Shown here one piece after another: positions 18,893 through 29,622 of a stretch of 49,929 nucleotides of DNA (position 1 is the stretch's first letter; each line of letters opens with the position of its first letter). Origin of the DNA: Clostridia bacterium (GTDB lineage: Bacteria > Bacillota > Clostridia > Oscillospirales > Acutalibacteraceae); contig JAFOCB010000057.1 of NCBI GenBank assembly GCA_017381515.1, forward strand, positions 1 to 49,929, given 5' to 3'. The notes beneath the pieces were generated by a model that saw only the letters and a program-made list of their open reading frames with translations, was not told where the DNA came from and made no database searches. Both the position numbers and the translations under genes were made by a program.

Positions 18893-19864
18893 TTAAAATG
18901 CCAAAACTGCGCTTAAAAGTAAAAACGCAGTAAGTATGATAACAAGCGGCGACGAGTAAAATGCGCCGAACGCCATCGGCGAAGAGATGATGCAATCGGG
19001 TTTGTAAAGTTTCTTTTTGAGTAGTTTCTTTTTATTGACATAAACGAATCCGAGCGCACCGAACAGACCCATCAGAAGAATTATTCCATAGCTGACAATC
19101 ACCTGTAAATATGACGGTAAATTCTTTGCTATCAGCATCATCACGCAGGAATTGAAATTGTTTAAAAAATGAATAATCATTGCAGGAATGACCGAGCCGG
19201 TGTTGATTGTAATGTAGGCAAAAACAAGTCCGACCATAAATGCAAACGGGATTTGAACAAAATTACCGTGAACGAGACCAAAAAGTGCCGCTGATGCAAA
19301 AATTGCGAAGGTGTCGGAATATCTTCTGAGCGAGCCGAGGACCACCACGCGAAAGGCAAATTCCTCTACAATGGCAGGCATAACCGACATGGTGAATATC
19401 CACGCAATAGTTTCAAAGATGCCCTTTGGCTCGGGCAAACCGACCGCTTCGGTATTCATGCCCAGCGCCTCTAAAATGCTTACCCAGTAGCTTGTCGCAA
19501 CGTTGATACCCAGACAAAGCAAAAATCCGGCAAAAACGACTGAAGCACCCGTTAAAAACGGAATCTTTTTTCTTACAAAAAGGCTACTCACCTTGAATCC
19601 TTCAATCTTTGACAGAAGGAAAAATGGCGGAACAAAAAGTATCGCCGAAAACAGGATTTGAAGCAAATACGCTGTCAGAGTATTATCAATTATGTAATAT
19701 TCTCTTAAAAATACGATTAGCTCGCCGACCATTTGGCTGATTAAATCTATAAGCAAAAGGGAGCCTAGAATGATGCCACCAATAAAGTTGCCGCTTTTTC
19801 TAATCATTTTACGCTCCTGCTTTGCGAAATGGGAGCGAATAAACGGATTATTGAGATTGTGCAT
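18893..19864 (-). CDS. CPBP-family intramembrane glutamic endopeptidase (CAAX protease-like)
   Basis: EEFAFRVV, FGLVHGN and HFLNN motifs in a polytopic protein. AAGGAG RBS. Confidence 0.8.
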   Translation of the reverse strand: MHNLNNPFIRSHFAKQERKMIRKSGNFIGGIILGSLLLIDLISQMVGELIVFLREYYIIDNTLTAYLLQILFSAILFVPPFFLLSKIEGFKVSSLFVRKKIPFLTGASVVFAGFLLCLGINVATSYWVSILEALGMNTEAVGLPEPKGIFETIAWIFTMSVMPAIVEEFAFRVVVLGSLRRYSDTFAIFASAALFGLVHGNFVQIPFAFMVGLVFAYITINTGSVIPAMIIHFLNNFNSCVMMLIAKNLPSYLQVIVSYGIILLMGLFGALGFVYVNKKKLLKKKLYKPDCIISSPMAFGAFYSSPLVIILTAFLLLSAVLAF

Positions 19865-19925
19865 GATTTCATCTCCTTATTATCTAATAATGATACAGTA
19901 AAATAATATATATGTCAATCGCGTC

Positions 19926-19954
19926 TTGTAAACGAATGTAAAATATGTTATATT
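19926..19954 (+). promoter_or_regulatory. Candidate promoter, with an AT-only palindrome over the -10
   Basis: TTGTAA (19926-19931), a 17-nt spacer, then TATATT (19949-19954). The palindrome TAAAATAT-GTT-ATATTTTA spans 19939-19957. Confidence 0.4.
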
Positions 19955-20005
19955 TTATGGTGTGAAAATTTTTGCGGCAAATATTAAAAAAAGCAGGTGT
20001 AAATT

Positions 20006-20749
20006 ATGCAGGTTTACAATCTATTTTTGCTTATGCTCACGGCAATACCCATTCTCGTCGGTGGAATATCGGCACGCAGCGTGTCAAAAAATCGTGCTAC
20101 ACGTACTGTCTCAGGAATGATGGCGCCGATGCTTATTTTGACGGTGTTGTGCATTATCGTCGAAATGGTCGTCGCTGGATATGAAGAAACTGCGGCAATG
20201 CTTCATATCGAAGAAATGCCGTATATGACCTTTCCGCGTCATATTTTTACGGCGATAATCGTGTGCTTTTTTGCCATTTCGGTAATGTCTGTCCTCGCAA
20301 TTAAAAGGAACGAAAAAATAAAGCCGCTCTTATCCTTTTCTGTGCTTTCGGGAATAACGGTTGTGTTCACTGTGGCGGCGGTTTGTATCTCGCTTTTAGA
20401 AAAATTCAGTGACCATGGATATATCGTTGTGCCGGTTTGCATAATCTACGCAATAGGTCAGATTTATGCCGTGGCAGCGGCAGTTTTAAAGGGTGAAGGA
20501 AAGCTCGAAAAATTTATCTTATATCTTACCAATATCATTTATCTTGCGGTTTGCGGCTTTTTGATTTGGTTTGCTTATGTGTCAGGTTTTACTGATGAAG
20601 CGCAGGCGGTGGGCGAAATTACCTCGGGCGTAATCGCGTTTGTTATTTTAGGAATTGTAATTGTTGCAGGTCCTGCTTTAATCAGCTTTTTCGCACTCTT
20701 GTCTGACAGTATCGGCTCGTTTAAATATGTCAAAAAGGATAAAAAATAA
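20006..20749 (+). CDS. Polytopic membrane protein, function unknown
   Basis: AGGTG RBS 6 nt before the ATG. About 7 hydrophobic helices and no recognisable motif. Confidence 0.6.
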   Translation: MQVYNLFLLMLTAIPILVGGISARSVSKNRATRTVSGMMAPMLILTVLCIIVEMVVAGYEETAAMLHIEEMPYMTFPRHIFTAIIVCFFAISVMSVLAIKRNEKIKPLLSFSVLSGITVVFTVAAVCISLLEKFSDHGYIVVPVCIIYAIGQIYAVAAAVLKGEGKLEKFILYLTNIIYLAVCGFLIWFAYVSGFTDEAQAVGEITSGVIAFVILGIVIVAGPALISFFALLSDSIGSFKYVKKDKK

Positions 20750-20815
20750 TCACCCATTCTGATTTTTACGACATTCAAAGGGGATAATATCAAAAAATGT
20801 GTAGGAGTTTTTTTG

Positions 20816-21562
20816 ATGTTATCTCCTTTTTCTGTTTTAAAGGACGTTTTTGCGGTGCTTGGACGCAATTTTTTGAGTATATTGACCGCCTTTTCGTCGC
20901 TTTTTTGTGTATATTCATTCGTGCAGTTTATCGGCTCGGTGTCGTCGATTTGCTTTGCCTCGTCGGTGATGAATGGTACTGAAAATATTGATTTTACGCG
21001 ATTTGAAAGGGTGGCTTTTTTGCCTTCGTCGACGATTTCCACCTTTGCATTTTTTGTCCTGTTTTTGCCCCTTTTTTTAGGTACCGAGAGAATGTCGCTC
21101 AAATGGACAAGCGGCGAAAAACCGCGTCTTTCGGAGCTGCTTTGGGCGTTTGAGCCGAGGAGGTTTTTAGCGACATTTATTCTTCACCTGTCCCTCTTTT
21201 TTGCGCTGCTTATTTGGTCGGTGGCGGTAATTTTTCCTACCCTCGTTTTTTCGGCTGATTTGAGTCCATCGGCGGCGACTTTTTTGAAATGTATTTTCTA
21301 CGGAATCGGTCTGTGCGGAGGGATTGTGATTATCACCTTTTTTCTCGCCGCCTCGCTTGTTTTCGCCGGCGGAAATTCGCTTAAATTCGCGCTTTTTTCT
21401 GCCTTCGGAAAGGGAGAAGCAAAGGGGCTTTTCTCCTCGCTTTTACCCCTCGTAACCACCTTTTTACCGCTTATACTTTTCGGCGGCTTTTTTATAATAT
21501 TCACGCCCATTTTCATACTGCTTTCTGCGGTGATTTTTTACCGAAAAAACGCCGCCATATAA
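20816..21562 (+). CDS. Polytopic membrane protein, function unknown
   Basis: AGGAG (20803-20807) lies 8 nt before the ATG at 20816. Hydrophobic and Phe/Leu-rich. Confidence 0.6.
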   Translation: MLSPFSVLKDVFAVLGRNFLSILTAFSSLFCVYSFVQFIGSVSSICFASSVMNGTENIDFTRFERVAFLPSSTISTFAFFVLFLPLFLGTERMSLKWTSGEKPRLSELLWAFEPRRFLATFILHLSLFFALLIWSVAVIFPTLVFSADLSPSAATFLKCIFYGIGLCGGIVIITFFLAASLVFAGGNSLKFALFSAFGKGEAKGLFSSLLPLVTTFLPLILFGGFFIIFTPIFILLSAVIFYRKNAAI

Positions 21563-21574
21563 CCTAAAAACCCG

Positions 21575-21610
21575 ACTGTCGAAAAAATCTTTCGACAGTT
21601 TATTTATTTA
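21575..21610 (+). terminator. Rho-independent terminator
   Basis: A 10-bp stem, ACTGTCGAAA (21575-21584) with TTTCGACAGT (21590-21599), followed by a T-rich tail. Confidence 0.7.
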
Positions 21611-21613
21611 TAC

Positions 21614-21642
21614 TTGTTATAATAGATATAAAGTGCTATAAT
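21614..21642 (+). promoter_or_regulatory. Candidate promoter of the recJ-relA operon
   Basis: TTGTTA (21614-21619), a 17-nt spacer, then TATAAT (21637-21642). Confidence 0.45.
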
Positions 21643-21701
21643 AAACTGATTAAATATATGCATATTTTCTGTATTTGAGATATTGGAGGCGCGCTTAAAA
21701 G

Positions 21702-23738
21702 GTGAACCGCAAAAAGTGGATTATAGCAAATAATGATAAAGAACTTGCACGTCAGCTTGCAGAGGAATGTGACATCGACCAGTTGGTTGCCCTCATTCTG
21801 ACCGCAAGAGGATACTGCGACCCTTTTGAAATAGACGAATTTCTGTCCAACGACCAGCAGATGAGCGACCCGTATGAGCTGATTGATATGGACAGGGCTG
21901 TTGCGCGAATTAGAGCCGCTATGGAAAAAGGGGAGAGAATAGCTGTTTACGGCGACTACGACGTGGACGGCGTAACTTCTACTGCGCTTATGTACAGCTA
22001 CCTTTCGAGTAAAGGGGCGGACGTTATCTATTCCGTACCCGAGCGTGAGGAGGGCTACGGTATGAGTATTACCGCCGTTGACCGACTCGCTGCCGAAGGG
22101 GTAAAGTTGATTGTCACCGTTGATAACGGAATCAACGCAAATGAAGAAGTCGATTATGCAAAAAAACTCGGAATCGACGTGGTTGTAACCGACCATCATC
22201 TGCCGATGAACGAGCTGCCGAATGCCGAGGCGGTGGTTGACCCCCATCGACTCGATTGTCCCAGCCAGTTCAAGGATTACGCAGGTGCTGGCGTCGCCTT
22301 TAAGGTGATTTGTGCACTCGAGGAAGTGTCGGGCGAGGAAATGGCGCTCCGTTACGGCGACCTTGCTGCGGTAGGTACGATTGCCGACGTAATGCCCCTT
22401 TGCGGCGAAAACCGATTGATTGTAAAGAATGGTCTACCCCTTGTCGAAAATGGACGCGAGGGCTTTTTGGCGATAATCGAGGCGGCAGGACTTTCCTCCC
22501 GTCCCTTTACCTCGTCGAGCGTATCGTTTGGAATAGGTCCGCGCCTGAATGCCGCGGGTCGAGTCGGCTCGTGCGAAAGGGCGGTACGACTGCTCCTGAC
22601 GAATGATAAAAGCGAAGCATACGAGCTTGCACGCGAGATAAACGAGGATAACGCCCGTCGTCAGCATACCGAACGCGAAATTTTCGACGCGGCGGTCAAA
22701 ATTATTGAAGAAAAGGGATATTATAACGATAGAGTTATCGTCGTGTGCGGTGATGGCTGGCACGGCGGAGTTATAGGCATCGTTGCGTCCCGAATATGCG
22801 AAAGATATGGCAAACCTGCCTTTGTCCTCTCGGTCGAAAACGGGGAGGCAAACGGCTCTGCACGCAGTATCGGTAATTTCTCGGTCTTTGACGCGCTCAC
22901 CGCGACAAAGGATATTTTACTTCGCTTTGGCGGTCATTCCAGAGCGGCAGGAATGTCGGTCGAAACCGAAAAGGTCGACCTTTTCCGTACAAAGATTAAC
23001 CAGTGGGCTGCTGAAAACTATGACGAAATGCCCTTTGCCGAGCTAAAAATTGATTGTCGTTTGGCACCGTCGGCATTTACTCCCGATATGGCGGAGTCAC
23101 TCGAGGTGTTTGAACCCTGCGGCATAGCCAACCAAACGCCTGTTTTCGGGCTTATGGGAGTCCGCCTTGATAAGATTACACCCGTCGGCTCGGGTAAGCA
23201 TCTGCGCCTGACCGTTTCAAAAAACGGCAATTCCGTAACAGTAATGCTCTTTACCACCGCCGAGCAGGATTTCGGCTTTATGCAGGGAGCGTTGCTCGAC
23301 TTTGCCGTTACTGTCGAAGCCAATGAATACATGGGAACGAGGTTGGTTACTCTGATAGCAAAGGCATTCAGACCGACCGTAGTTGATGAAGAAAAATTAC
23401 TTAAAGAAATTCGTCTGTACGAGCGTTTTTGCCGTGGGGAAGTAATGACCGACGAGCAAAAGGAAAGCTGCAAGATAAGTCGCGAAGACGTTGCGGCAAT
23501 TTACCGCACGATAAATAAAAATAATGGATTTTCGGGCGTTTTCGAGGCGCTTATGACCCAGTCGGGCGTATCGTCATATTTAAAAAGCAGATTGGCGCTC
23601 GACATTATGAGCGAACTTGGAGTAATCGACTGTTCATATTCAAAGGACGGCGTTTATGCCGCAAAATGCCCGACAGAGAAAAAGTTTGATTTGACTAATT
23701 CGTCCGTATTCAGATGGGCAAACGGAGAGGTGGAGTAA
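21702..23738 (+). CDS. recJ: Single-stranded-DNA-specific exonuclease RecJ
   Basis: DHH motifs (YGDYDVDGVTS, TVDNG, VTDHH) and GGHSRAAG (DHHA1). GTG start as given in the ORF track. Confidence 0.9.
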   Translation: MNRKKWIIANNDKELARQLAEECDIDQLVALILTARGYCDPFEIDEFLSNDQQMSDPYELIDMDRAVARIRAAMEKGERIAVYGDYDVDGVTSTALMYSYLSSKGADVIYSVPEREEGYGMSITAVDRLAAEGVKLIVTVDNGINANEEVDYAKKLGIDVVVTDHHLPMNELPNAEAVVDPHRLDCPSQFKDYAGAGVAFKVICALEEVSGEEMALRYGDLAAVGTIADVMPLCGENRLIVKNGLPLVENGREGFLAIIEAAGLSSRPFTSSSVSFGIGPRLNAAGRVGSCERAVRLLLTNDKSEAYELAREINEDNARRQHTEREIFDAAVKIIEEKGYYNDRVIVVCGDGWHGGVIGIVASRICERYGKPAFVLSVENGEANGSARSIGNFSVFDALTATKDILLRFGGHSRAAGMSVETEKVDLFRTKINQWAAENYDEMPFAELKIDCRLAPSAFTPDMAESLEVFEPCGIANQTPVFGLMGVRLDKITPVGSGKHLRLTVSKNGNSVTVMLFTTAEQDFGFMQGALLDFAVTVEANEYMGTRLVTLIAKAFRPTVVDEEKLLKEIRLYERFCRGEVMTDEQKESCKISREDVAAIYRTINKNNGFSGVFEALMTQSGVSSYLKSRLALDIMSELGVIDCSYSKDGVYAAKCPTEKKFDLTNSSVFRWANGEVE

Positions 23739-23741
23739 TAA

Positions 23742-25934
23742 ATGACGGTTAACTATGACGGAAGGTTTGAAACCCTTGTCCGCCTGCTCAAAAAGCAGGG
23801 AGATTCATTCGACCACGAGCTTATCAAAAAGGCGTATGACATAGCAATCGAAAAGCACGAGGGACAAAAGCGCCTTTCCGGAGAGCCGTTTTTTATTCAT
23901 CCCTTTTCGGTAGCGTGTATTACTGCAAAACTCGGTATGGACACGGAATCGGTGGCGGCAGCTTTGCTTCACGATGCCGTCGAGGATACTGACCTTTCGC
24001 TAGATGACGTAAAGCGTGATTTCGGCGAGACCATAGCCATGCTTGTTGACGGAGTTACCAAACTCGGTAAAATCAACTATGTATCGAAGGAAGAACTTCA
24101 AGCCGAGAACGTCAGAAAGATGTTTATCGCGATGTCGGAGGATATTCGCGTTATCATTATTAAGCTGTGCGACCGACTTCACAATATGCGCACAATCGAC
24201 GCGCAAACCGAGCTTAAACAGCTGGACAAATCGCGCGAAACACTCGAAATTTATGCACCGATTGCCCATCGACTCGGTATCAGAGCGGTAAAGGAGGAAC
24301 TTGAGGACCTCGCTATCAAACACCTCGACCCCGTTGCCTACGCTGATATTGAAGGACAACTAGAAAAAAATAAGGAATACCGCCTCAGCTACATCGAAAG
24401 CATAAAGGATTTGCTCCGCGAAAAGCTTGACGAAAGCATACCCAATCTTTCCATCGAGGGACGAGTAAAATCCATTCACGGCATATACCGAAAGATGTAT
24501 ATGCAGAGTAAGCAGTTTGAGGAAATTTATGATATTTACGCAGTTCGAGTAATTGTAAATACGGTTACCGATTGCTATAACGTGCTTGGAATGGTACACG
24601 AAATGTTCCGACCGATTCCGGGACGTTTCAAGGACTATATTTCTACGCCAAAATCGAATATGTACCAGTCGCTTCATACCACCGTAATTGGTAAAAAAGG
24701 AGCACCATTCGAGGTTCAGATTCGTACCTGGGATATGCACTATACCGCCGAATATGGTATCGCAGCCCACTGGAAATATAAGGAGGGTGTCAGCGGTTCT
24801 GACGAGCGATTCGAGGAGCGTCTCGCATGGATCAGACGAATGCTCGATAACCAGAGCGAGTCGGACGATATTGAGGAAATCGTACGCACCATAAAGACCG
24901 ACCTTGCACCCGAGGATGTATTCTGCGTAACTCCGGGCGGCGATCTCATCAGCTTGCCTGCCGGTGCAACGGCAATCGACTTTGCCTATGCCATTCACTC
25001 GGCGGTAGGTAACAGAATGATAGGGGCAAAGGCGAATGGTCGAATCGTACCGATTGATTACGTTATTTCAACGGGTGACGTTGTCGAAATTCTGACCACC
25101 AATCAGCAGGGTCACGGCCCCAGCCGAGATTGGCTAAAAATAGTAAAAACCAGTGAAGCCAGGTCAAAGATTCGCGCCTGGTTTAAGAAGGAGCGTTACG
25201 CCGAAAACGTTGAGGAAGGTCAAAAAGAGGTCGAGCGCGAATTTAGACGCGCATCAATCAACCTTTCCGACAAGGAAATGGAAAAGTTTATTGCCGATAT
25301 TGCCGAGCGTCAGCATTGTTCGTCAATCGAGGACTTTTATAACAAAATCGGTTACGGCGGTATAATTCTTTCCCGCATAATGCCCCGTATCCGCGAGGAT
25401 TATTTGCATAAAATCAAGGTTAATCAGCCGGTCGATATTTCGGGCGCCGTTATGGATAACAGAGCGACCAGCCGCTCACACGACGGAGTCGAAATCGAGG
25501 GCATTGATAACTGTCTGATTAAACTGTCGCGTTGCTGTAACCCCATTCCGGGCGACAATATTGTCGGCTTTATCACCCGAGGACACGGTGTTTCGATTCA
25601 CAAGCGCGAATGTCCCAACGTGCCAAATGATTTGGAGGTCTGCGACCAACCGGAGAGATGGATTCCTGCTCGCTGGGGTGAACAGTCGGCAAAGGAATTT
25701 GTCGCAGGACTTTACATTTTTGCATTCGACCGCTTTGGTCTGCTTGCCGACGTAACAACGGCTATTGCGAATATGCGAGTGCTTATCAATCGAATCAACA
25801 CCCATGCGCTCAAAAATGGCAACTACTCCATTGAACTCGAAGTAAAAATCGAAAGCCAGGAGCAGATAAAGGCGATTATCGCCAAGCTGTCAAAGATTGA
25901 CGGCATCATCTCGGTAGATAGAAAGAAAGGTTGA
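23742..25934 (+). CDS. relA: Bifunctional (p)ppGpp synthetase/hydrolase (RelA/SpoT homolog)
   Basis: An HD hydrolase domain (HDAVEDT), a synthetase domain (YRSLHTTV-like QSLHTTV), and TGS and ACT regions. 730 aa. Confidence 0.92.
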   Translation: MTVNYDGRFETLVRLLKKQGDSFDHELIKKAYDIAIEKHEGQKRLSGEPFFIHPFSVACITAKLGMDTESVAAALLHDAVEDTDLSLDDVKRDFGETIAMLVDGVTKLGKINYVSKEELQAENVRKMFIAMSEDIRVIIIKLCDRLHNMRTIDAQTELKQLDKSRETLEIYAPIAHRLGIRAVKEELEDLAIKHLDPVAYADIEGQLEKNKEYRLSYIESIKDLLREKLDESIPNLSIEGRVKSIHGIYRKMYMQSKQFEEIYDIYAVRVIVNTVTDCYNVLGMVHEMFRPIPGRFKDYISTPKSNMYQSLHTTVIGKKGAPFEVQIRTWDMHYTAEYGIAAHWKYKEGVSGSDERFEERLAWIRRMLDNQSESDDIEEIVRTIKTDLAPEDVFCVTPGGDLISLPAGATAIDFAYAIHSAVGNRMIGAKANGRIVPIDYVISTGDVVEILTTNQQGHGPSRDWLKIVKTSEARSKIRAWFKKERYAENVEEGQKEVEREFRRASINLSDKEMEKFIADIAERQHCSSIEDFYNKIGYGGIILSRIMPRIREDYLHKIKVNQPVDISGAVMDNRATSRSHDGVEIEGIDNCLIKLSRCCNPIPGDNIVGFITRGHGVSIHKRECPNVPNDLEVCDQPERWIPARWGEQSAKEFVAGLYIFAFDRFGLLADVTTAIANMRVLINRINTHALKNGNYSIELEVKIESQEQIKAIIAKLSKIDGIISVDRKKG

Positions 25935-25944
25935 TTTTTTCGGT

Positions 25945-26394
25945 ATGAAATGTGTAATTCAGCGCGTCTCTTCCTCGTCGGTTTCGGTCGATGGAAAGAT
26001 TGTCGGCGAAATTCAAAAGGGCTTTTTAATCCTTCTCGGAGTAGCCGAGGGCGACACCGAAGCCGATGCCGAAAAATTGGCAAAGAAAATTTCGCTCATG
26101 CGTGTTTTTGAGGACAACGAGGGCAAAATGAATTTATCGGTGCAGGATATTTACGGCGAAATTCTGGTCGTCAGCCAGTTTACCCTCTGCGCCGATTGTA
26201 AAAAGGGGAATCGACCGTCATTTGTAGGCGCGATGCGACCGGAAGGCGCCACCCGTCTTTACGAATTGTTTATGGCGTTGCTCAAAGATTATGGGGTAAA
26301 GAGGGTAGAACACGGAATTTTTGGCGCCGATATGAAGGTGTCGCTCGTCAATGACGGACCTGTTACCATTATTCTTGATACGGAGATGCTTTAA
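25945..26394 (+). CDS. dtd: D-aminoacyl-tRNA deacylase
   Basis: MKCVIQRV..., SQFTL and NDGPVT motifs. 149 aa. Confidence 0.9.
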   Translation: MKCVIQRVSSSSVSVDGKIVGEIQKGFLILLGVAEGDTEADAEKLAKKISLMRVFEDNEGKMNLSVQDIYGEILVVSQFTLCADCKKGNRPSFVGAMRPEGATRLYELFMALLKDYGVKRVEHGIFGADMKVSLVNDGPVTIILDTEML

Positions 26395-26993
26395 TGAAAA
26401 TCGAAACCATTTGTCTGAATGATATTGCCTGTAATACCTATATCATCACCGATGAAAAAAGTGGTGACGTTGCCATTATCGACCCTGCATTTTTTCTCGA
26501 CGAACTGAAAAATGCGGTAGAGCAGATAAAGGACAGGGTGAAATACATTCTCCTTACCCACCGCCATTTTGACCATATCTTAGGCGTCGCAGGGATAAAG
26601 AAAATGTGCCCGAATGCAAAAATTGCGGTACATTTTCTCGATGCCGATTGCCTTATTTCAAAGGAAGAAAGTGCATTTAACGAATTTGCACACATGATTC
26701 CGCACGACCAGGAATACGTGAATGCGGATATGCTTCTTTCCGACGGGGACGAGATTCACCTCGGCGAAACGGTGTTTACCGTTATGCACACGCCCGGTCA
26801 CTCGGCAGGTAGCGTAATGTTCATTTCCGATGGAATTATATTTAGTGGCGATACCATTTTCGATGGAGCGATTGGTCGCTGCGATTTAAAGACGGGCAGT
26901 ATGCGCGAAATGCGCTCCTCACTGCGAAAAATTCGCAATATGGAAGGCGAATACACCGTTTATTCAGGACACGGAAATCCATTTTCGTTGTAA
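26394..26993 (+). CDS. MBL-fold metallo-hydrolase
   Basis: THRHFDHILG and HTPGHS motifs. The start overlaps the dtd stop. Confidence 0.8.
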   Translation: MKIETICLNDIACNTYIITDEKSGDVAIIDPAFFLDELKNAVEQIKDRVKYILLTHRHFDHILGVAGIKKMCPNAKIAVHFLDADCLISKEESAFNEFAHMIPHDQEYVNADMLLSDGDEIHLGETVFTVMHTPGHSAGSVMFISDGIIFSGDTIFDGAIGRCDLKTGSMREMRSSLRKIRNMEGEYTVYSGHGNPFSL

Positions 26994-27017
26994 ATAATGA
27001 TTTTTTAAGGGATTTTT

Positions 27018-28496
27018 ATGATTTTATATATCGAAGGACATAGCTTTAAATACGAGCTTGAGAATATTTGTCGCCTTTTCTTTACGTTTGAAAAAATCGA
27101 GGTTGTGGGTAAAAAAACTACCACCGAAACCGACCGAAAGGCATCTGCGGTGAGAAGGACTTTTGATGATAAGGCCGAGCTTTACGTCGAATTTTGCGAC
27201 AAGGGATATAAAAAAGAGGATAGCACCACTCTTTTGCTCGATACACCCGATTTCGAAAAGGAATGTGAGCGAATTTTGGCGGTTATGCTTTATAAGCTGC
27301 TATGCGAATTTACCGACGCCGAGCCCAAATGGGGCATACTGACGGGAGTCCGCCCGGGTAAGCTTATGCGCCGAATGGCCGACAGCGAGGGTGAAGAGGC
27401 GGCTGTAAATTACTTTACCGAAAAGCTCCTTTGCAGTAGGGAAAAGATTGACCTTGCCCTCGAAGCGTCGCGTACAGAGGAGAGCATTATCAACCTTTCC
27501 CGACCGGACAGCTTCAGTTTGTACGTTTCGGTGCCTTTCTGCCCGACGAGGTGTAGTTATTGCTCCTTTGTTTCCCATTCGATTGAGCAGGCAAAGAAGC
27601 TGATTGACCCTTACGTTAACTTGGTTTGTAAAGAAATTGAATACACCGCCGAGATAGCCAAGCGACTGAATTTGCATTTAGAAACGGTGTATATCGGCGG
27701 AGGTACTCCCACCGCCATTTCGGCAGAGCAGCTCGACCGAATTATGACGACAATAAACGGCTCGTTCGACCTTAGCGGTTGTCGTGAATTTACGGTTGAA
27801 GCGGGACGCCCCGACACCGTCACCGACGAAAAATTAGCCGTGATAAAGAAAAACGGAGCCACTAGAATCAGCATAAATCCGCAAACAATGAGCGACCACG
27901 TTCTCGAAAATATCGGTCGCCGACATACCGCCGAACAGACGATTTCGGCATTCAATATGGCTAGAAGGCACGGCTTTGACAATATCAATATGGATTTGAT
28001 TGTCGGTCTGCCGGGTGACAGTTACCAAAGTTTTTGCGAAACAATGGATAAAATTCGTTCACTCGACCCCGAAAGTGTAACCGTCCACACCCTTTCGATG
28101 AAACGCTCGTCGAGAATGACCATGGGCGGTGATCTTCCCGAAGCGGAACTCGGACGTGTTGCGGAGGAAATGCTCCGCTTTGCAAAATCGGAGCTTAAAA
28201 AGAGCGGAATGAATCCATACTATCTTTATCGTCAGTCAAAAACGGTCGGAAACCTTGAAAATACCGGCTTTGCAAAGACGGGGTACGAGGGACTTTATAA
28301 CATATACATAATGGACGAGACCCATTCAATACTCGCCTGCGGTGCTTCTGCGGTCACAAAGCTCAGGTCACAAGGCGGATATATCGAGCGAATTTTCAAT
28401 TATAAATACCCGTACGAGTATATCGACAGATTTGAGGAAATGCTAAACCGTAAGCAAGGAATAGAGCGGTTTTATGAAGCATATCCGATTGAATAA
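27018..28496 (+). CDS. hemZ: HemN-like radical SAM protein of the HemZ type, with an N-terminal extension
   Basis: CPTRCSYCSF radical SAM motif. 492 aa with an N-terminal extension of about 150 aa. The recJ-relA-dtd-MBL-hemZ order is conserved in Clostridia. Confidence 0.7.
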   Translation: MILYIEGHSFKYELENICRLFFTFEKIEVVGKKTTTETDRKASAVRRTFDDKAELYVEFCDKGYKKEDSTTLLLDTPDFEKECERILAVMLYKLLCEFTDAEPKWGILTGVRPGKLMRRMADSEGEEAAVNYFTEKLLCSREKIDLALEASRTEESIINLSRPDSFSLYVSVPFCPTRCSYCSFVSHSIEQAKKLIDPYVNLVCKEIEYTAEIAKRLNLHLETVYIGGGTPTAISAEQLDRIMTTINGSFDLSGCREFTVEAGRPDTVTDEKLAVIKKNGATRISINPQTMSDHVLENIGRRHTAEQTISAFNMARRHGFDNINMDLIVGLPGDSYQSFCETMDKIRSLDPESVTVHTLSMKRSSRMTMGGDLPEAELGRVAEEMLRFAKSELKKSGMNPYYLYRQSKTVGNLENTGFAKTGYEGLYNIYIMDETHSILACGASAVTKLRSQGGYIERIFNYKYPYEYIDRFEEMLNRKQGIERFYEAYPIE

Positions 28497-28514
28497 ATTT
28501 AAGGAGAGCGTATC

Positions 28515-28871
28515 ATGACATCATTCGAAAACGCGGTAGCAAAGACAAAGGAATATTTCGATATTGCCTGTAAAAAGACGGGTGAATTTGTCGATTTGCA
28601 GAAGTTAAAGGTGAATGCGGCATCCATCCGCAACTCTATCGAAAAGGACTATGCAAGCATCGGAAAAATGTATTACGACGGACAAAAGAGAAATAAGGAT
28701 TATTCCGACGCGATAAATGCCGTTATGACCGACATCGACGGACGAAAGAATGAACTTGCCGAAGTTGAGGATAAAATCAGACAGGCGCAGGGAGGAAACT
28801 TCTGTGACGGCTGCGGGGTACAGAATTCTGACGATTCTGACTATTGTCGAAAGTGCGGAAAGAAACTTTAA
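28515..28871 (+). CDS. Zinc-ribbon domain protein with an N-terminal coiled coil
   Basis: C-terminal CDGCG...CRKCGKKL. Confidence 0.6.
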   Translation: MTSFENAVAKTKEYFDIACKKTGEFVDLQKLKVNAASIRNSIEKDYASIGKMYYDGQKRNKDYSDAINAVMTDIDGRKNELAEVEDKIRQAQGGNFCDGCGVQNSDDSDYCRKCGKKL

Positions 28872-28892
28872 TATAATCGGGAGAAAAAATAA

Positions 28893-29606
28893 ATGAACGT
28901 GAAAAAAATAGGTATAATTATTGCCGACGATATGGAATACACCCCTTTTGAAAAGAGGCTTGCAGAATTTTCCGCCACAGAATCAACCCTGCTCGGCAGA
29001 AAATGTCACACCTTCACCCTGACCAGCGGTGACCGCTCAGTCGAGGTTGTCACCGTCCACTGCGGAATCGGAAAGGTGAATGCCGCGGCGGCAACGGCTT
29101 ATATCATCGCGAATGGTGCCGATTGCATTATCAATACAGGACTTTCGGGTGGCATAAATCATATTGGACGCGGAATGATAACCCTTCCCGACCGACTGAT
29201 GGAGCATGATTTTGACCTTACGGTGCTCGGCTATGACTTTGCCGCAAAGCCGCAAAAGGACTATATTTACACCGCCGATGACCAGCTTAATCGCGCCTTT
29301 TTATCGGTTTGCCCCGATGCAAAGGTGGGCATGATGGTTACGGGCGACTGCTTTGTAAGCAATATCGAGCTCAAAAATACGCTCATCGACCGCTTTGACG
29401 CCGTCAGCTGCGATATGGAATCGGCTGCGGTTGCGTCGGTTTGCCACTTTGCAGGAGTGCCTTTTACCGCCGTACGTCGAATTTCCGATGACGCGGGTGA
29501 AAATGCCAACGAGTCGTATTCCGATATGAACAATCGTGAAGAGGATACACTCGCAGAAATCGTAATCGACGGCTTGATTGCCGCTCTCGATAGTTACATA
29601 ATTTAA
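28893..29606 (+). CDS. mtnN: 5'-methylthioadenosine/S-adenosylhomocysteine nucleosidase (PNP/UDP family 1)
   Basis: KIGIIIADDMEY, CGIGKVNAAAATA and DMESAAVA motifs. Confidence 0.72.
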   Translation: MNVKKIGIIIADDMEYTPFEKRLAEFSATESTLLGRKCHTFTLTSGDRSVEVVTVHCGIGKVNAAAATAYIIANGADCIINTGLSGGINHIGRGMITLPDRLMEHDFDLTVLGYDFAAKPQKDYIYTADDQLNRAFLSVCPDAKVGMMVTGDCFVSNIELKNTLIDRFDAVSCDMESAAVASVCHFAGVPFTAVRRISDDAGENANESYSDMNNREEDTLAEIVIDGLIAALDSYII

Positions 29607-29622
29607 GGAGAAACTTAATTTT

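Noticed and set aside
20575-21102. 175-aa ORF on the minus strand spanning the gap between the two membrane-protein genes.
   Set aside because: It overlaps both plus-strand genes, which have proper SDs (AGGTG, AGGAG) and coherent TM-helix patterns. The minus-strand product is low-complexity and Lys/Thr/Ser-rich, with no SD. It is most likely an antisense shadow ORF.
21636-22247. 203-aa minus-strand ORF overlapping the 5' part of recJ. Similar long antisense ORFs lie inside relA (24360-24998), the ABC-F gene (9435-10016), fumarate hydratase (35078-35719) and hisD (45445-45957).
   Set aside because: Each lies entirely antisense to a gene with unmistakable conserved motifs. None has an SD or recognisable domains. 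These are typical shadow ORFs.
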